Positions 18,929 through 29,250 of a stretch of DNA of 64,000 nt are shown here, in pieces. The DNA comes from Aridibaculum aurantiacum (GTDB lineage Bacteria > Bacteroidota > Bacteroidia > Chitinophagales > Chitinophagaceae): assembly GCF_017355875.1 (NCBI RefSeq), contig NZ_JAFEWC010000004.1:12989-76988 (forward strand), in the 5' to 3' direction. Under the pieces are notes generated by a model that had not been told where the DNA came from, searched no databases, and saw only the letters and a program-made list of their open reading frames with translations. Position 1 is the first letter of the stretch. Each line of letters starts with the position of its first letter. A program made the translations under genes and the position numbers.

Positions 18929-20995
18929 TTATTGATTAAAAAGTCCAATTCGTGAATTATTAAGTGTTCCGATCACCGCTGCACGATCCAGGTATTTGTT
19001 CATTTTTTCGCAGCTTGTTTCGGGTAGCAGCACACAGGAATAGCAGGCTGCAAGGTTAAGCCCCATAAAGCCCTGCCCCTGTTCTGCTGATATGCAAAGC
19101 GGATCAGAGGAGCACCAGCGCGCTTTATCGACACCTTTGTTCATCACTGATGAAAGATAATCCGGCTGTCCTTTTTCAACCAATCCGCCTAGGGATCCCT
19201 CAGCGTCGGAAGTCGTGGTATAAATAAGGATACCGTTCATCTCTTCTTCAGTCCCGATTGAAGAGTTGCCACTACAGTAGATAATTTCTGCGAGGGATGA
19301 AAGACTGTATCCGCAGTCCTCTGCCAGCTCTTTTAGCAGTATATGGGAAAGTGTATGCAGGAATAAGTACCGTTTATTGATTAACTCATGATTCTGGTTG
19401 AAACTGAGGTTCGCCTGTTCTAAGTTGTGGTTTATCGTATCGAGACGTGCATTCGGATACTCATCTGCCCACGCATTGAGCTTTTTATTACTGAACTTAA
19501 GAAAAATTCCTTCTCCTTTCACTTCAACTGCGGGCAATTCCCTTGTATGCAAGGGGTCTCTGCGTGCATCCTGTATACGCTCAAATTCGTGTTTCTGCTT
19601 CGTATCTAAATTATCCGCAGCTTCTGCAAAAACTAGTTCTTCACCCATCAATGGTTTCACCCGCGTGAACCCCTTATAGACCTTCAGTGCGGAGAGTTTT
19701 TCAAGTAGTACTACTTCCTCCAACAGATCGGGCTGACCTGTGAGGCTGTTGTATTCATTACCATCAACTTTCTTCTTTTTGAACCATACTGTCTTATCCT
19801 TTATCACTGTCCCTGTAAAAGCGCTGAATTCCTGTTGACGAAGCAATACAGCTTTGTTGATAAAGCGCTCTTCGGGCTTTTCACCAAAATGATTCCGGAT
19901 AAAACCGATGACTGCTTCCTTGGTATAGCCAAGTTTCAGCAACTGGTGATTCGGATTGCTTTCGACAAGTCTGATCAGGAAATCGCGCCATTGCTCGTTT
20001 GTATAGTCCTGATATATATCCGGCATACTGTCCCTGAAAATTGTGACCGTTGAGTCCAGATTTTGCTGCACTTCCGGAGGGCATTGCTGCTCATAGGCTG
20101 ACTGTGGCAGGAGGATACCGCTGTAAATAATGGGGAAAATAATATTGCCGGCGCCCCTTTGCATTGTCCTGGGAAACTTGCGCTTTGCAGCCGGTGATAA
20201 ATCATCACCGTCCATGATGTTTCCCTGCCTTGGAACGTCACTGACGAGCTCTGTTACATAGCTCTCATTGTTATGCCATCCTTTCCATGGTTTTGGCAGG
20301 TAATTGTTTACATAATCCAGATAATTTCCTTCTGCATCTGTTTCAGTGAAAATTGACTGGTCAAATATCTGACCGAGATCTCTGCTGGCTAAAAAAGTAT
20401 TGCTTCCTCTCCGGTAACTCTCAATTGTAATATCGCTCAGACCTGCTGATCCTCCCTTTGATTTATAATAAAGCAGATGTCTCTGGCCCCTTTCTTTAGG
20501 ACAGCTTTTGTGAACAAACCAGTCCCAAGGAAAATCACCCAGAAAACCCTCTTCTGTCGCAATCACAAAGCGCATTGGCACCAGATTGGGGCCGATACCC
20601 GTCTGATTATTAGTGCAGGCATCACAAGTAAAAGCTCGCATCTTCTGATCGAAAGAGCCCCGTTCAATTATTGCCTGCCCTCTCGTCTTTGTAATAAAAT
20701 GAATCAGCCCACACTTTGGACAATACTGCGCTCCGGGAAACCGTATTCCATAGGCGGATAGATTATTAATGCCATCCTCCTGTGGGGGAACCACAAAATG
20801 ATCGACCTTAAATGCTTCTGCCAGGCGACTGTCTCTAATCACCTGTTTTTTATTCGGGTCTTCCTGATTTACATTTCCCCAGTCGCCGTAGCCATCATCA
20901 TGGCACAGCATGATCAGTGAAAGCTCCGGAAAATCAATCATTGAGCCGGACGGCCATGTATGTATAATTTGTGACTGTCTGATATCGTAACTCAT
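18929..20995 (-). CDS. DUF1998-domain protein (DrmB/MrfB-like) with an N-terminal zinc ribbon
   Basis: 688 aa. The C-terminal cysteine signature AACYSCVLLPETSCEKMNKYLDRAAV, preceded by TTTSDAEGSLGGLVE, is typical of DUF1998. A second Cys cluster is CPKCG…CDAC. The start lies 3 bp after the helicase stop. Confidence 0.65.
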   Translation of the reverse strand: MSYDIRQSQIIHTWPSGSMIDFPELSLIMLCHDDGYGDWGNVNQEDPNKKQVIRDSRLAEAFKVDHFVVPPQEDGINNLSAYGIRFPGAQYCPKCGLIHFITKTRGQAIIERGSFDQKMRAFTCDACTNNQTGIGPNLVPMRFVIATEEGFLGDFPWDWFVHKSCPKERGQRHLLYYKSKGGSAGLSDITIESYRRGSNTFLASRDLGQIFDQSIFTETDAEGNYLDYVNNYLPKPWKGWHNNESYVTELVSDVPRQGNIMDGDDLSPAAKRKFPRTMQRGAGNIIFPIIYSGILLPQSAYEQQCPPEVQQNLDSTVTIFRDSMPDIYQDYTNEQWRDFLIRLVESNPNHQLLKLGYTKEAVIGFIRNHFGEKPEERFINKAVLLRQQEFSAFTGTVIKDKTVWFKKKKVDGNEYNSLTGQPDLLEEVVLLEKLSALKVYKGFTRVKPLMGEELVFAEAADNLDTKQKHEFERIQDARRDPLHTRELPAVEVKGEGIFLKFSNKKLNAWADEYPNARLDTINHNLEQANLSFNQNHELINKRYLFLHTLSHILLKELAEDCGYSLSSLAEIIYCSGNSSIGTEEEMNGILIYTTTSDAEGSLGGLVEKGQPDYLSSVMNKGVDKARWCSSDPLCISAEQGQGFMGLNLAACYSCVLLPETSCEKMNKYLDRAAVIGTLNNSRIGLFNQ

Positions 20996-20998
20996 AAG

Positions 20999-23900
20999 TT
21001 AAATGCTTTTAATCCTTACTTTGGAAGAAGATTCGACATTTCTCAATGTCTGCATTGTCGGAATGTGGTCCTGCAGCAGGCTTTCAACAAATTGTGCCGG
21101 AGCATTGTAAACAGCATTCGGATTTCTGATTTTAGTTACAACCTGTTCTATGTTGGGGTCATAACGCATATAATCCGTATAGACTGCTAGCCTCCGGTCA
21201 CCATCGAGCATTGAGAGCCGTGTAGTGAACTCCTGCTGAATAGAATCAATTGTATCACATATCTCAGTTGCGTCAGCCGCTCCATAAATGGCAATTGCTT
21301 TGGCTTTGACATCCTGTATAACGCCGTCAACAAATGTCCTGTAAGCTGTATCTGCGGGACTGAATACACCGTGGCTTCCGGTAAGAAACAAACTGCGGGT
21401 CAGGGTAATCAGCACTGTAGGCAGGACCTTTTCGAGTGCCGGCCGGGAGAATGGTGTAACGGAGCTTGCTTCAACATGATAGTAATAAGCCTGATGGAAT
21501 GCCTTGAATTGTTCATAATGTGAACGGTCCCTGTTTTTAGTGGGTGCAAGAAAAGTGAAAACCACACCAGGGCCTTCCCTTCCTACCCTTGAGCTGGCCT
21601 GAATATATTCTGCAGTAGTTTTGGGCTGACCGTTTACAATCATGGTGTTCAGCCTGGGAATATCAACGCCCACTGAAATCATGTTTGTCGCCGGTGCAAT
21701 CTGCACCGGATCGGGATGTCCCCCCATAAGATTGTTTACAGCATTGATAAACGATTTATAATCCTTTTCACTGTCACCTGAAAAAGCAAGATCGATCTGA
21801 TCGAAAAAAGGCTTGTTTAAAAATCCTGACCAGACAGAACCTTTTGCTGTTTTAATATCTCCATTTGTCCGGATACCCGTTGCGAAAAGTTTCTGAACCA
21901 GCAAATTATTTTCATCAAGCCCGGCAGGAAGTGTTGTCTTTTCCAGTCTGTCAAGACCTTTGTTAATGTCATCTGCCGTCATGACACTGGACAATTCACA
22001 AAGGGCATTCTGGTTGAACGGTTTGAAAAACGTGCTGAAATGATTAGCCAGCATTTTCCTGTAAGCGACAATGTCATCGGTAAGAAAGGTCCTGAACTTT
22101 CCCAATTCTTTTAATGCATTGAAATACACAACCAGTGTGTAATACCGATCCAGCTCTCCATTTGCTGCGGGCAGTACAGGTATTCTTTCAAGCAGGACTG
22201 AGGCCAGCCGGATCAGGGCTGTGCTGGTAGTCACACCCGATGGCATGAATCCAACATAGAGCCTGTTCTTTGGATCGTCTACCTTGATTTTCTTTGCGTA
22301 AAACGAATCGTCTGCATCGGTAGCCGGAGGAGGAAACTGAAGAAAATGCTTCCTGCCGTACAAACGCCTGCATTGTTCTTCCGCATTCCGAACGGTTGCC
22401 GTAGCGCCAACGACTTTGCAGATATTTCCCTCAGCTTCCCGGCAAAGTCTGTCGATTACAATCTCATATACCCCATATATCGTTCCCAAGGCAGAACTGA
22501 TCAGATGTAGTTCATCTTGAATGATCAGTTCCGGGGAAGGATAGAGCCGTTTTACCTGATTATTGCTGAACTCTGTATTGAACAGATTGAAGGCATCACT
22601 CCTCCAAGCAAGCTGAACAAATTTATCGACAGTGGAGAACAGCAGTGACGGACGTTCCTGGTAAATTGTTTCATCCACTTCATAAACAGGAAATGTTTTA
22701 TCAGGGTTTTTCCGGAAGTCAGCAGCAGTCACATAGAAGGCACAACGGGTATTTGTGCAGGCCATGTGATAACGTCCTGTTTCACTCCCTCTGTTATTTA
22801 CCGTCCTGAAATAACCCCATCGTCCGATTACCTGATTGTTTTCAATTTCACGGACAAGACGGTTGCCGCAACACGGACAGGACAGCAGCGGAGGTGAACT
22901 TTTGTAAGTACTTGGTTGTCTGCCTCTGTTTACCTGCCTTATATAATCAGCATAGTCCCTCTGCTGATCCTCCTCATTGTTTGGTGTCATGGATCTACCC
23001 ATCCAAATACCGTTTGATATTCTGACTTTCCCATATGCAGCCGGTTCCATCCGCCGGATAAGATCACAGGAACAGATCAGAATTGTTGCCCGCTCAAATT
23101 GTTGTTTGTTAAGAAGTCTCAATGTATACCGCATGAGGACAGAGACACCTGCTCCTTGGTCAGGGTCATTATATGATTTTCTAGCTTTCAAACGCCTGAA
23201 GAAAATAGTGAATGCTGTAAGACCTAAATAAGCTTCAGTCTTACCACCGCCTGTGGGAAACCAGATAAGGTCGACAGTATCACGGTCCGGTGAGGACGGG
23301 TCTGTAATCCCTTGGACCTGGGAAAGTAAGAAGGCGAGCTGAAACGGGCGCCAGCGTGCTAGTGTCCCCGTTTTTTCATAGTTGATTAAATCGATATGGA
23401 GTTCTCCTTCTTGCCATATTTTTCCAGCACCGGCATCAAATGGAATTTTGGTGTAATCGGGCAGGCCGTCATCTGTACCTGCGTTATTTTTCTGTACGCG
23501 TCCTGCCACCCTTCTGTGTCTGCTGAAATCTGCCATTACCCGCTGCATAAACATAGCCCTGTTGGCATCTTCAAAGGCTTTCCGTGCTTCGCTGTCTGCA
23601 GCTAGCAACTCAATCCCTTTCTTCATCCTTTCATAAAGCTTCTCACATTTTTTAAGGTTTTTTACGGCCTGTTCTTTAAGTTTCGGTTCCAGCCCATTGT
23701 TCTTGATTTGCTCTCCCTGATCGACTATCCACTGTTTATATAAATCGATAAACACTTCCAGCTCACTTTTTACCGTTGTCCAGTCATATGACATTTCAAG
23801 CGCAGTTCCGCTCAGTCTCTTTATATACAAAATATTGCTCCCCTTGAATACGTCCGGATTCAGATCCACACCATTCACTTTTTCCTGTGGAAGTACCTGT

Positions 23901-24793
23901 GTAAACACCTTCTGAACCTGGTCGTTTTCTTCATCCCAGTCCACCGATATGCCGTGTCCTTGTGCATAAACTTTGTAATTTCGGTAAAGCAATTTGAGAT
24001 TAAGATCTTCTTCTGACAGAATATTTAAGTCGGTCCGGTCATCAAAAGCTTTGAAACCGTTTGTCGTTTGCACCGTTAGAGATGGCTGAAACAGACAATC
24101 GTCTGCACTTTTCTGGTGACCCGATGATTTTGCTTCCTTCTTATTGATCAGCGTGAAGGTTTTTATTTCGAGGGCTTCCTGACCATATTTATGCGGGTAG
24201 TTCCTTGTTGCAATCGTCAGAATTGCATTCTCATTAAGATTTACATTGATCAGATTTCCATTCTTTGAATAATTAAGGTCGCCAAAATCAAAGGTGTCAC
24301 CTTTAATTTTAAGAGTAAATTCGTGCGGAACATGTTTATATACATTTACGCTGACCATTGTTACTGCTTCCCCCTTTACAACTTCTTTTTCAGCTTTTTT
24401 CTTCACATATACAGCAAAGCGGATATTGATTTCAAGTGAAGCATTTTTTGCAGTAAGAACAGATATCCCTGCAGCAGACGGACGGAACTTAGTGGTCAGC
24501 TCCAGCTCTCCGCTTTTATCTGTAGTATCCGCCTCCTGAGATGCTCTTACTTTCTGTGTTGTTGACTTTTCTTCACCGGAAGTATTTTCGCCTGCATTTT
24601 CCTGCTGCATCTGTGCTCCTGTGCCCACACTGTTGTCGTCCTGCTCCTCGTATTCTTTGGTAAGTGGGAGTTGAGGAAACAATACGCCGACAGAATAGAA
24701 ATCAAGTGGGTTCTTCTCCAGCTGTTCGCCACTACCGTTTATTGGTCCGTGCAGAATTCTCGCAACTTCTGCAACAATAGTTTCTCTGAGCAT
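20999..24793 (-). CDS. SF2 DExH-box helicase with an inserted zinc ribbon (DrmA-like partner of DUF1998)
   Basis: 1264 aa. Motif I WFPTGGGKTEAYLGL, motif II IIQDELHLIS, motif III VGATATV, motif VI QASSRVGR. A CPCCGN…CTNTRC zinc ribbon sits between motifs Ia and II. A ~450-aa N-terminal domain has unknown function. A helicase immediately upstream of DUF1998 is the DrmA/DrmB (and MrfA/MrfB) arrangement. Confidence 0.6.
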   Translation of the reverse strand: MLRETIVAEVARILHGPINGSGEQLEKNPLDFYSVGVLFPQLPLTKEYEEQDDNSVGTGAQMQQENAGENTSGEEKSTTQKVRASQEADTTDKSGELELTTKFRPSAAGISVLTAKNASLEINIRFAVYVKKKAEKEVVKGEAVTMVSVNVYKHVPHEFTLKIKGDTFDFGDLNYSKNGNLINVNLNENAILTIATRNYPHKYGQEALEIKTFTLINKKEAKSSGHQKSADDCLFQPSLTVQTTNGFKAFDDRTDLNILSEEDLNLKLLYRNYKVYAQGHGISVDWDEENDQVQKVFTQVLPQEKVNGVDLNPDVFKGSNILYIKRLSGTALEMSYDWTTVKSELEVFIDLYKQWIVDQGEQIKNNGLEPKLKEQAVKNLKKCEKLYERMKKGIELLAADSEARKAFEDANRAMFMQRVMADFSRHRRVAGRVQKNNAGTDDGLPDYTKIPFDAGAGKIWQEGELHIDLINYEKTGTLARWRPFQLAFLLSQVQGITDPSSPDRDTVDLIWFPTGGGKTEAYLGLTAFTIFFRRLKARKSYNDPDQGAGVSVLMRYTLRLLNKQQFERATILICSCDLIRRMEPAAYGKVRISNGIWMGRSMTPNNEEDQQRDYADYIRQVNRGRQPSTYKSSPPLLSCPCCGNRLVREIENNQVIGRWGYFRTVNNRGSETGRYHMACTNTRCAFYVTAADFRKNPDKTFPVYEVDETIYQERPSLLFSTVDKFVQLAWRSDAFNLFNTEFSNNQVKRLYPSPELIIQDELHLISSALGTIYGVYEIVIDRLCREAEGNICKVVGATATVRNAEEQCRRLYGRKHFLQFPPPATDADDSFYAKKIKVDDPKNRLYVGFMPSGVTTSTALIRLASVLLERIPVLPAANGELDRYYTLVVYFNALKELGKFRTFLTDDIVAYRKMLANHFSTFFKPFNQNALCELSSVMTADDINKGLDRLEKTTLPAGLDENNLLVQKLFATGIRTNGDIKTAKGSVWSGFLNKPFFDQIDLAFSGDSEKDYKSFINAVNNLMGGHPDPVQIAPATNMISVGVDIPRLNTMIVNGQPKTTAEYIQASSRVGREGPGVVFTFLAPTKNRDRSHYEQFKAFHQAYYYHVEASSVTPFSRPALEKVLPTVLITLTRSLFLTGSHGVFSPADTAYRTFVDGVIQDVKAKAIAIYGAADATEICDTIDSIQQEFTTRLSMLDGDRRLAVYTDYMRYDPNIEQVVTKIRNPNAVYNAPAQFVESLLQDHIPTMQTLRNVESSSKVRIKSI

Positions 24794-24802
24794 AAAATTG
24801 AT

Positions 24803-26545
24803 TTAGTTTGAATTGGCGATACGATTCGCGATAACAGAATGATACCGGCTGTTGATAAAAAAAATGCTTTGCGCTGTAGCCCGTGTATTGGCAATATAGA
24901 TCAGTGACATCTGCTTTTTGTCATTCGGATTATAATCTTCCGGACTGCAGATAAGGATAAATCTGTTTTCCAGTCCCTTGTAGGCATGAATGGTTGACAC
25001 AATTACTTTACCGGAAACCGGAAAAGCACTTTCAACATACCGGCCCGGATTGGATTGTACAAGAGATATAAGCTGCTCTCTTTCCGAACAAAGAATTGTT
25101 ACATCTTTTCGTTCAACTCCTTCAGCTTCCAGTTTTATGATTGTCTCACTGACCCTGTTTTTCAGATCAGTATCAGAAGAATAAAACTTTATTTCACTGT
25201 TCCAGGTTTGATCCGTGCGAAGACAGGGCATTTCAGGGAAACCGGTTTGCAGTGAGGCCCTTTTGATTGTGGAAAGCGTATTCCTGCAGTTCAATTGAAG
25301 CAGACTGACAAAGCAGGGATACACATCACGCAAGTACTCAAAATATTCATCTGCATCATTGTTGTAAATGTTCTGGTACTCTTTGTCCATAAAAATTGCC
25401 CAGTTACCTGATTCTAGGCCGCCTTTCAACAGAAGTCCCAGTGCTTCGAAATGATATTCATTCAATATATCCTGCCCCTCATCTATGATCAGGTAATCGA
25501 ACGACCGCTTTTTAGTTTCTGCCAAGTTCCGAACAAACTGAAGCGGCAAATCACGGGACCAGTATTCCTCATTGCTGCTGATGTCACCCGGCGGGTTTTG
25601 AAGAAAATCCCTGTCCCTGTATAAACTATGAAGGTGACAGATAAAATAATTTCCTTCAGTCACAAGGTTACGGCCTTGCTGAGTAAGGTATTCCGCCAGA
25701 TTTTTATTAAAACAGATTAACAGGGTGCGCCTGCCATCTGTAAGTGCCCTTTTGAAAAGCTCCAGCGCGAGGAGTGTTTTGCCGGTTCCTGGGCCTCCCA
25801 TAATCACGCCTCCCTTTCCCGGATTGTATTTCAGGTTATCCAGAATATACATCTGCATTCCTGTGAGGCGCTGTGCTTCCTCGCTTCCTTTTTTCAAAAG
25901 ATCAGAAACGGGCAACCGGAAATGAAGATCCTGCCGGAAGTAACGGCTGACGGTACTTAGTTCTTTCTGACTTAGACCTGATCTTCCAGCATATTGCGGA
26001 TGAGCGGACCAGTATCGTTTAACTTTCTGAAGAAAACCGATTAGACCCCCTTTCTTATGATCACTGTAATCATAAATCAATTCCGGATCAAATTCCATTT
26101 GCCCCATTGTTGATTTTCTGAACTCATCGGGTTTAATGGTGTCAGGGAACAAGACACCGATACCATATACCAGCCGTCCCGGGATGGATTTGCCCCGGAA
26201 CAAATCCGGCAGCAGTGTGTCTCTCGTATAAAATAAAGTGTTGTACGCCTGCCTGAAAGGATCACCCGGCTCTGTACCTCCCTGAACATACCACTGATTT
26301 TTGAGCGAGTCGAATTTTACTGATCCGCCTTTTACTTCCAGAAAAAGGATGCATTCGCTGTCCATGTACACAAAGTCTATCTCTCCTTTGATCTTCTTAT
26401 CCCCTGTTTTTGCCATGTTCAGAGAATGAAAAAGATATTTTTCGGTGTTATTAAAATAAGTGCTGTTTGCGGCCACCACATAAATCTCTTTTTCAGCCTG
26501 TGAGTTGAATTCATATCCGTTCAATGAAGAGGGACTAAGGGGCAT
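24803..26545 (-). CDS. NERD-domain nuclease fused to a UvrD-like SF1 helicase/ATPase (Nhi-like architecture)
   Basis: 580 aa. The N-terminal ~110 aa have a NERD-like (nuclease-related domain) pattern (EIDFVYMDSECILFLEVKGG). Walker A is GGPGTGKTLLALE and Walker B is LIIDEGQD. A UvrD C-terminal motif V-like TIHAYKGLENRFILI is present. Confidence 0.6.
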   Translation of the reverse strand: MPLSPSSLNGYEFNSQAEKEIYVVAANSTYFNNTEKYLFHSLNMAKTGDKKIKGEIDFVYMDSECILFLEVKGGSVKFDSLKNQWYVQGGTEPGDPFRQAYNTLFYTRDTLLPDLFRGKSIPGRLVYGIGVLFPDTIKPDEFRKSTMGQMEFDPELIYDYSDHKKGGLIGFLQKVKRYWSAHPQYAGRSGLSQKELSTVSRYFRQDLHFRLPVSDLLKKGSEEAQRLTGMQMYILDNLKYNPGKGGVIMGGPGTGKTLLALELFKRALTDGRRTLLICFNKNLAEYLTQQGRNLVTEGNYFICHLHSLYRDRDFLQNPPGDISSNEEYWSRDLPLQFVRNLAETKKRSFDYLIIDEGQDILNEYHFEALGLLLKGGLESGNWAIFMDKEYQNIYNNDADEYFEYLRDVYPCFVSLLQLNCRNTLSTIKRASLQTGFPEMPCLRTDQTWNSEIKFYSSDTDLKNRVSETIIKLEAEGVERKDVTILCSEREQLISLVQSNPGRYVESAFPVSGKVIVSTIHAYKGLENRFILICSPEDYNPNDKKQMSLIYIANTRATAQSIFFINSRYHSVIANRIANSN

Positions 26546-26547
26546 GA

Positions 26548-29139
26548 TTATATTTTATAAATTGTCGAAATTCTTTTTATCTCAATATGATTGATAAAAT
26601 CATTTAACAGGTTGTCCGTATAAACCTCATCTTCTTGGAACCTGATACCATAAAGCCGTGCGATAAGTCTACGGATTGCGGTTCTTACAAAGCCTGCCTG
26701 AATGGATTTAAGATCAGCGTTGTGTTTATTGAAAGAACCGATTTCATCATTGTTGATAATGCCAAGTTTACCCAGTGCATGCAGCAAACTCACAAAATTA
26801 TCCGGGCGTTGCGTGTCACCATCGATCCAGTTTTTCACTGTTGCAGGACCAATTTTAAATCCGTTGTCCAGCAGTTTTTTGCAGAAGAAATTCAGGTCCA
26901 TCCGGCACCGGACGATATGATTTTTCAGCAGGAGCCTCCATTTTTTATCCATCTCAATTGCCAGAGAAAACGCAGGGTCTTTTCTTAAGGCCTGCTCCAG
27001 CAGGTCTTTGACCTGAAGACCACGTCTGGCTACAATAATCTGATCACCCGCGCTCAAGGTCGTTACGGACCTAAAAGACGCTTCATAATCAAAATCTTCC
27101 TTATCATCTTCATACACATAGAAATGTCTTGACTCCGGCACCTGACTAAGTGTCCTGTCATCAAACAAAAGAATGTATTTTTCAGATAGTTCTTTTGCAT
27201 TAGAACCTTCATATTGCTGAACAATCTTTTGAACCACTTCCTGCAGGTCAATGTCCTGAACTTCTGATACATTTTGGACAATTTCCGGTTCTAACTTCGG
27301 CACATTAAACTCAACCTCAATGAGACCAGAGGCTATATTATCCGGAGACGAGGATGGCGGCTGGAGATTAAGCAAAGTATACTTCACACGGTCACAACCT
27401 ACTTCTTTTTGTATGTCCTGATATTTACCAAATAGGTTTTTTGCAAAATAGCAGCTTCTTTCATTTAATATAAATAACTGATTTGCTGCTAACACATTGC
27501 CAATTGCCGCACCAATTGTTTTTCTATCACTGGTCAAATAAAATATATATGAAGAAGGAACTTCATTTTTCTGATTAAATGTGTGGAATTCTTTTTTATG
27601 GATATGTAGGATTTTGATGTTAGGGAGGGTCTCTCCCAAAGTATTTACAAGCCACTTCGCATCTTCAATGCTGCTGTTGTCCGATACTATTTCAATTGTT
27701 CCTTGTAAAGTTCTGCTGTTTAGCTCCTGTAAAATAATTGGTAGTTTGAAGTTGACAAAACGAGAATTATTCAAAATGTATTGTTCCAAATACCATTTTA
27801 TGTCTTCTATTAGACCATAATCTTGTCCGCCAGAAAACCAGTTCTGCCGAAGTTCCTCTAAACTGGATAAAAAATCGGTTGAAAATTCCTGCAGAGCTTT
27901 AGGATCGAAAAAAGAATTTAGTTTAGTACGTAGATTGTAAAGACAACTGAGGGGTCGTATTATTTCACCATTACAAAAGCTTTCTTGAGCTATGTTTTTC
28001 AATCTTAAAATCAGGTCCCAAAGTTTCTTATTTAAATTTTCAAACTCAGGATCTCCTGTAGATGTGACAATTACTTTTGGTGGATTAGCTACTTTCTTTT
28101 CATCAAGATCTAATTGCTCCAATGGCTGCAAGAGCCATGGATTGTATTCTATTTTTAATTCATTAAAATAAGTATGAATATCCAGGTTGCTGATCCGGGA
28201 AATTAAGTACATATCCTTGATCTGTTTGTCCCGCACCATTTGAAGATATCCTTCATTTAGGTTTTGTAGTTCTTGCAAAAGGCTTTGTGACCTTTCCCAA
28301 CTGTATATAAAAGAATCGAAATCATCTAAGATTATAGTTTTGACATGATTAAATCGACCTTTACCTGCCTCTATGATTGATTTATAAGCGCGAAACGAAT
28401 CCTGACGTGCAACAATCAGAGAAACTGGAGCATTCTCAGTATTAGGCCCAGAAAGACGCTGAAACCGTAACTCTGCATCGTTGGCAGGAAAAATGACTTT
28501 TTGAATGTTTAAATGTCTTCTTAGATCAGTCCCTGCAACTTTTACGTTTTTAAGAAGACTCTCGAATTTGCTTATATTGGTAAACAAAACAACTGCCTCA
28601 AAATTATCTTGGGGAAGTATTGGAAGAGTAAAAATATTTTGTTCAACTGCTTGATCTAAATCTGCAAATTTCTCAATCTTATCTCTTAAAAAATTTGAAT
28701 TAGACAACCAGTTTAGTTTGTATGTTTCGTCAAATGGAATTGATTTATCACCACCAGTCCCTGCTTGAATAATTAAACTGCGATCTATAAAATTAACTTG
28801 CCTTACATCATATATAGTTCCATTTAAAACGACTTGTTTACAGTTTGGTCCGTATGCTAAATTTCCAAAGTCATGCCTTTTCATTGAAAGGGACAATGCT
28901 TTCCTGTACTGACCCATTATTACAAAGAATGGGACTAAATTTATCGTAGTGGTACTGTTTGACGGATAAAGGCCTATAATTCGGTGGTTCCGATCGACAG
29001 TATTTTGATGGATTAAAAATGGAAGAAGTTGGCTTGCAGTAAAGTCAGACACAATGCAACCATTGATTTCATATTGAAGATTTCTTAAATCTGGGCATTC
29101 GCATGATATGGAATGCTGTATATAAGCCTTGTTAAGCAT
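26548..29139 (-). CDS. Hypothetical 863-aa protein (possible DrmE-like component), strongly AT-rich gene
   Basis: Long uninterrupted ORF, first gene of the tightly spaced block (2-bp gap to the next gene). No recognisable catalytic motif by eye. Composition is visibly AT-richer than the flanking housekeeping genes. Confidence 0.6.
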   Translation of the reverse strand: MLNKAYIQHSISCECPDLRNLQYEINGCIVSDFTASQLLPFLIHQNTVDRNHRIIGLYPSNSTTTINLVPFFVIMGQYRKALSLSMKRHDFGNLAYGPNCKQVVLNGTIYDVRQVNFIDRSLIIQAGTGGDKSIPFDETYKLNWLSNSNFLRDKIEKFADLDQAVEQNIFTLPILPQDNFEAVVLFTNISKFESLLKNVKVAGTDLRRHLNIQKVIFPANDAELRFQRLSGPNTENAPVSLIVARQDSFRAYKSIIEAGKGRFNHVKTIILDDFDSFIYSWERSQSLLQELQNLNEGYLQMVRDKQIKDMYLISRISNLDIHTYFNELKIEYNPWLLQPLEQLDLDEKKVANPPKVIVTSTGDPEFENLNKKLWDLILRLKNIAQESFCNGEIIRPLSCLYNLRTKLNSFFDPKALQEFSTDFLSSLEELRQNWFSGGQDYGLIEDIKWYLEQYILNNSRFVNFKLPIILQELNSRTLQGTIEIVSDNSSIEDAKWLVNTLGETLPNIKILHIHKKEFHTFNQKNEVPSSYIFYLTSDRKTIGAAIGNVLAANQLFILNERSCYFAKNLFGKYQDIQKEVGCDRVKYTLLNLQPPSSSPDNIASGLIEVEFNVPKLEPEIVQNVSEVQDIDLQEVVQKIVQQYEGSNAKELSEKYILLFDDRTLSQVPESRHFYVYEDDKEDFDYEASFRSVTTLSAGDQIIVARRGLQVKDLLEQALRKDPAFSLAIEMDKKWRLLLKNHIVRCRMDLNFFCKKLLDNGFKIGPATVKNWIDGDTQRPDNFVSLLHALGKLGIINNDEIGSFNKHNADLKSIQAGFVRTAIRRLIARLYGIRFQEDEVYTDNLLNDFINHIEIKRISTIYKI

Positions 29140-29250
29140 GTCAGGTTAATATTAAAACCGGACAACATTGGGGGATGTTAGTCTTGGTTAGCTAAGCAGG
29201 TTAATTGCAAGTTGAATGTACAACTTCATTAATTAACTACTACAGTTAAC

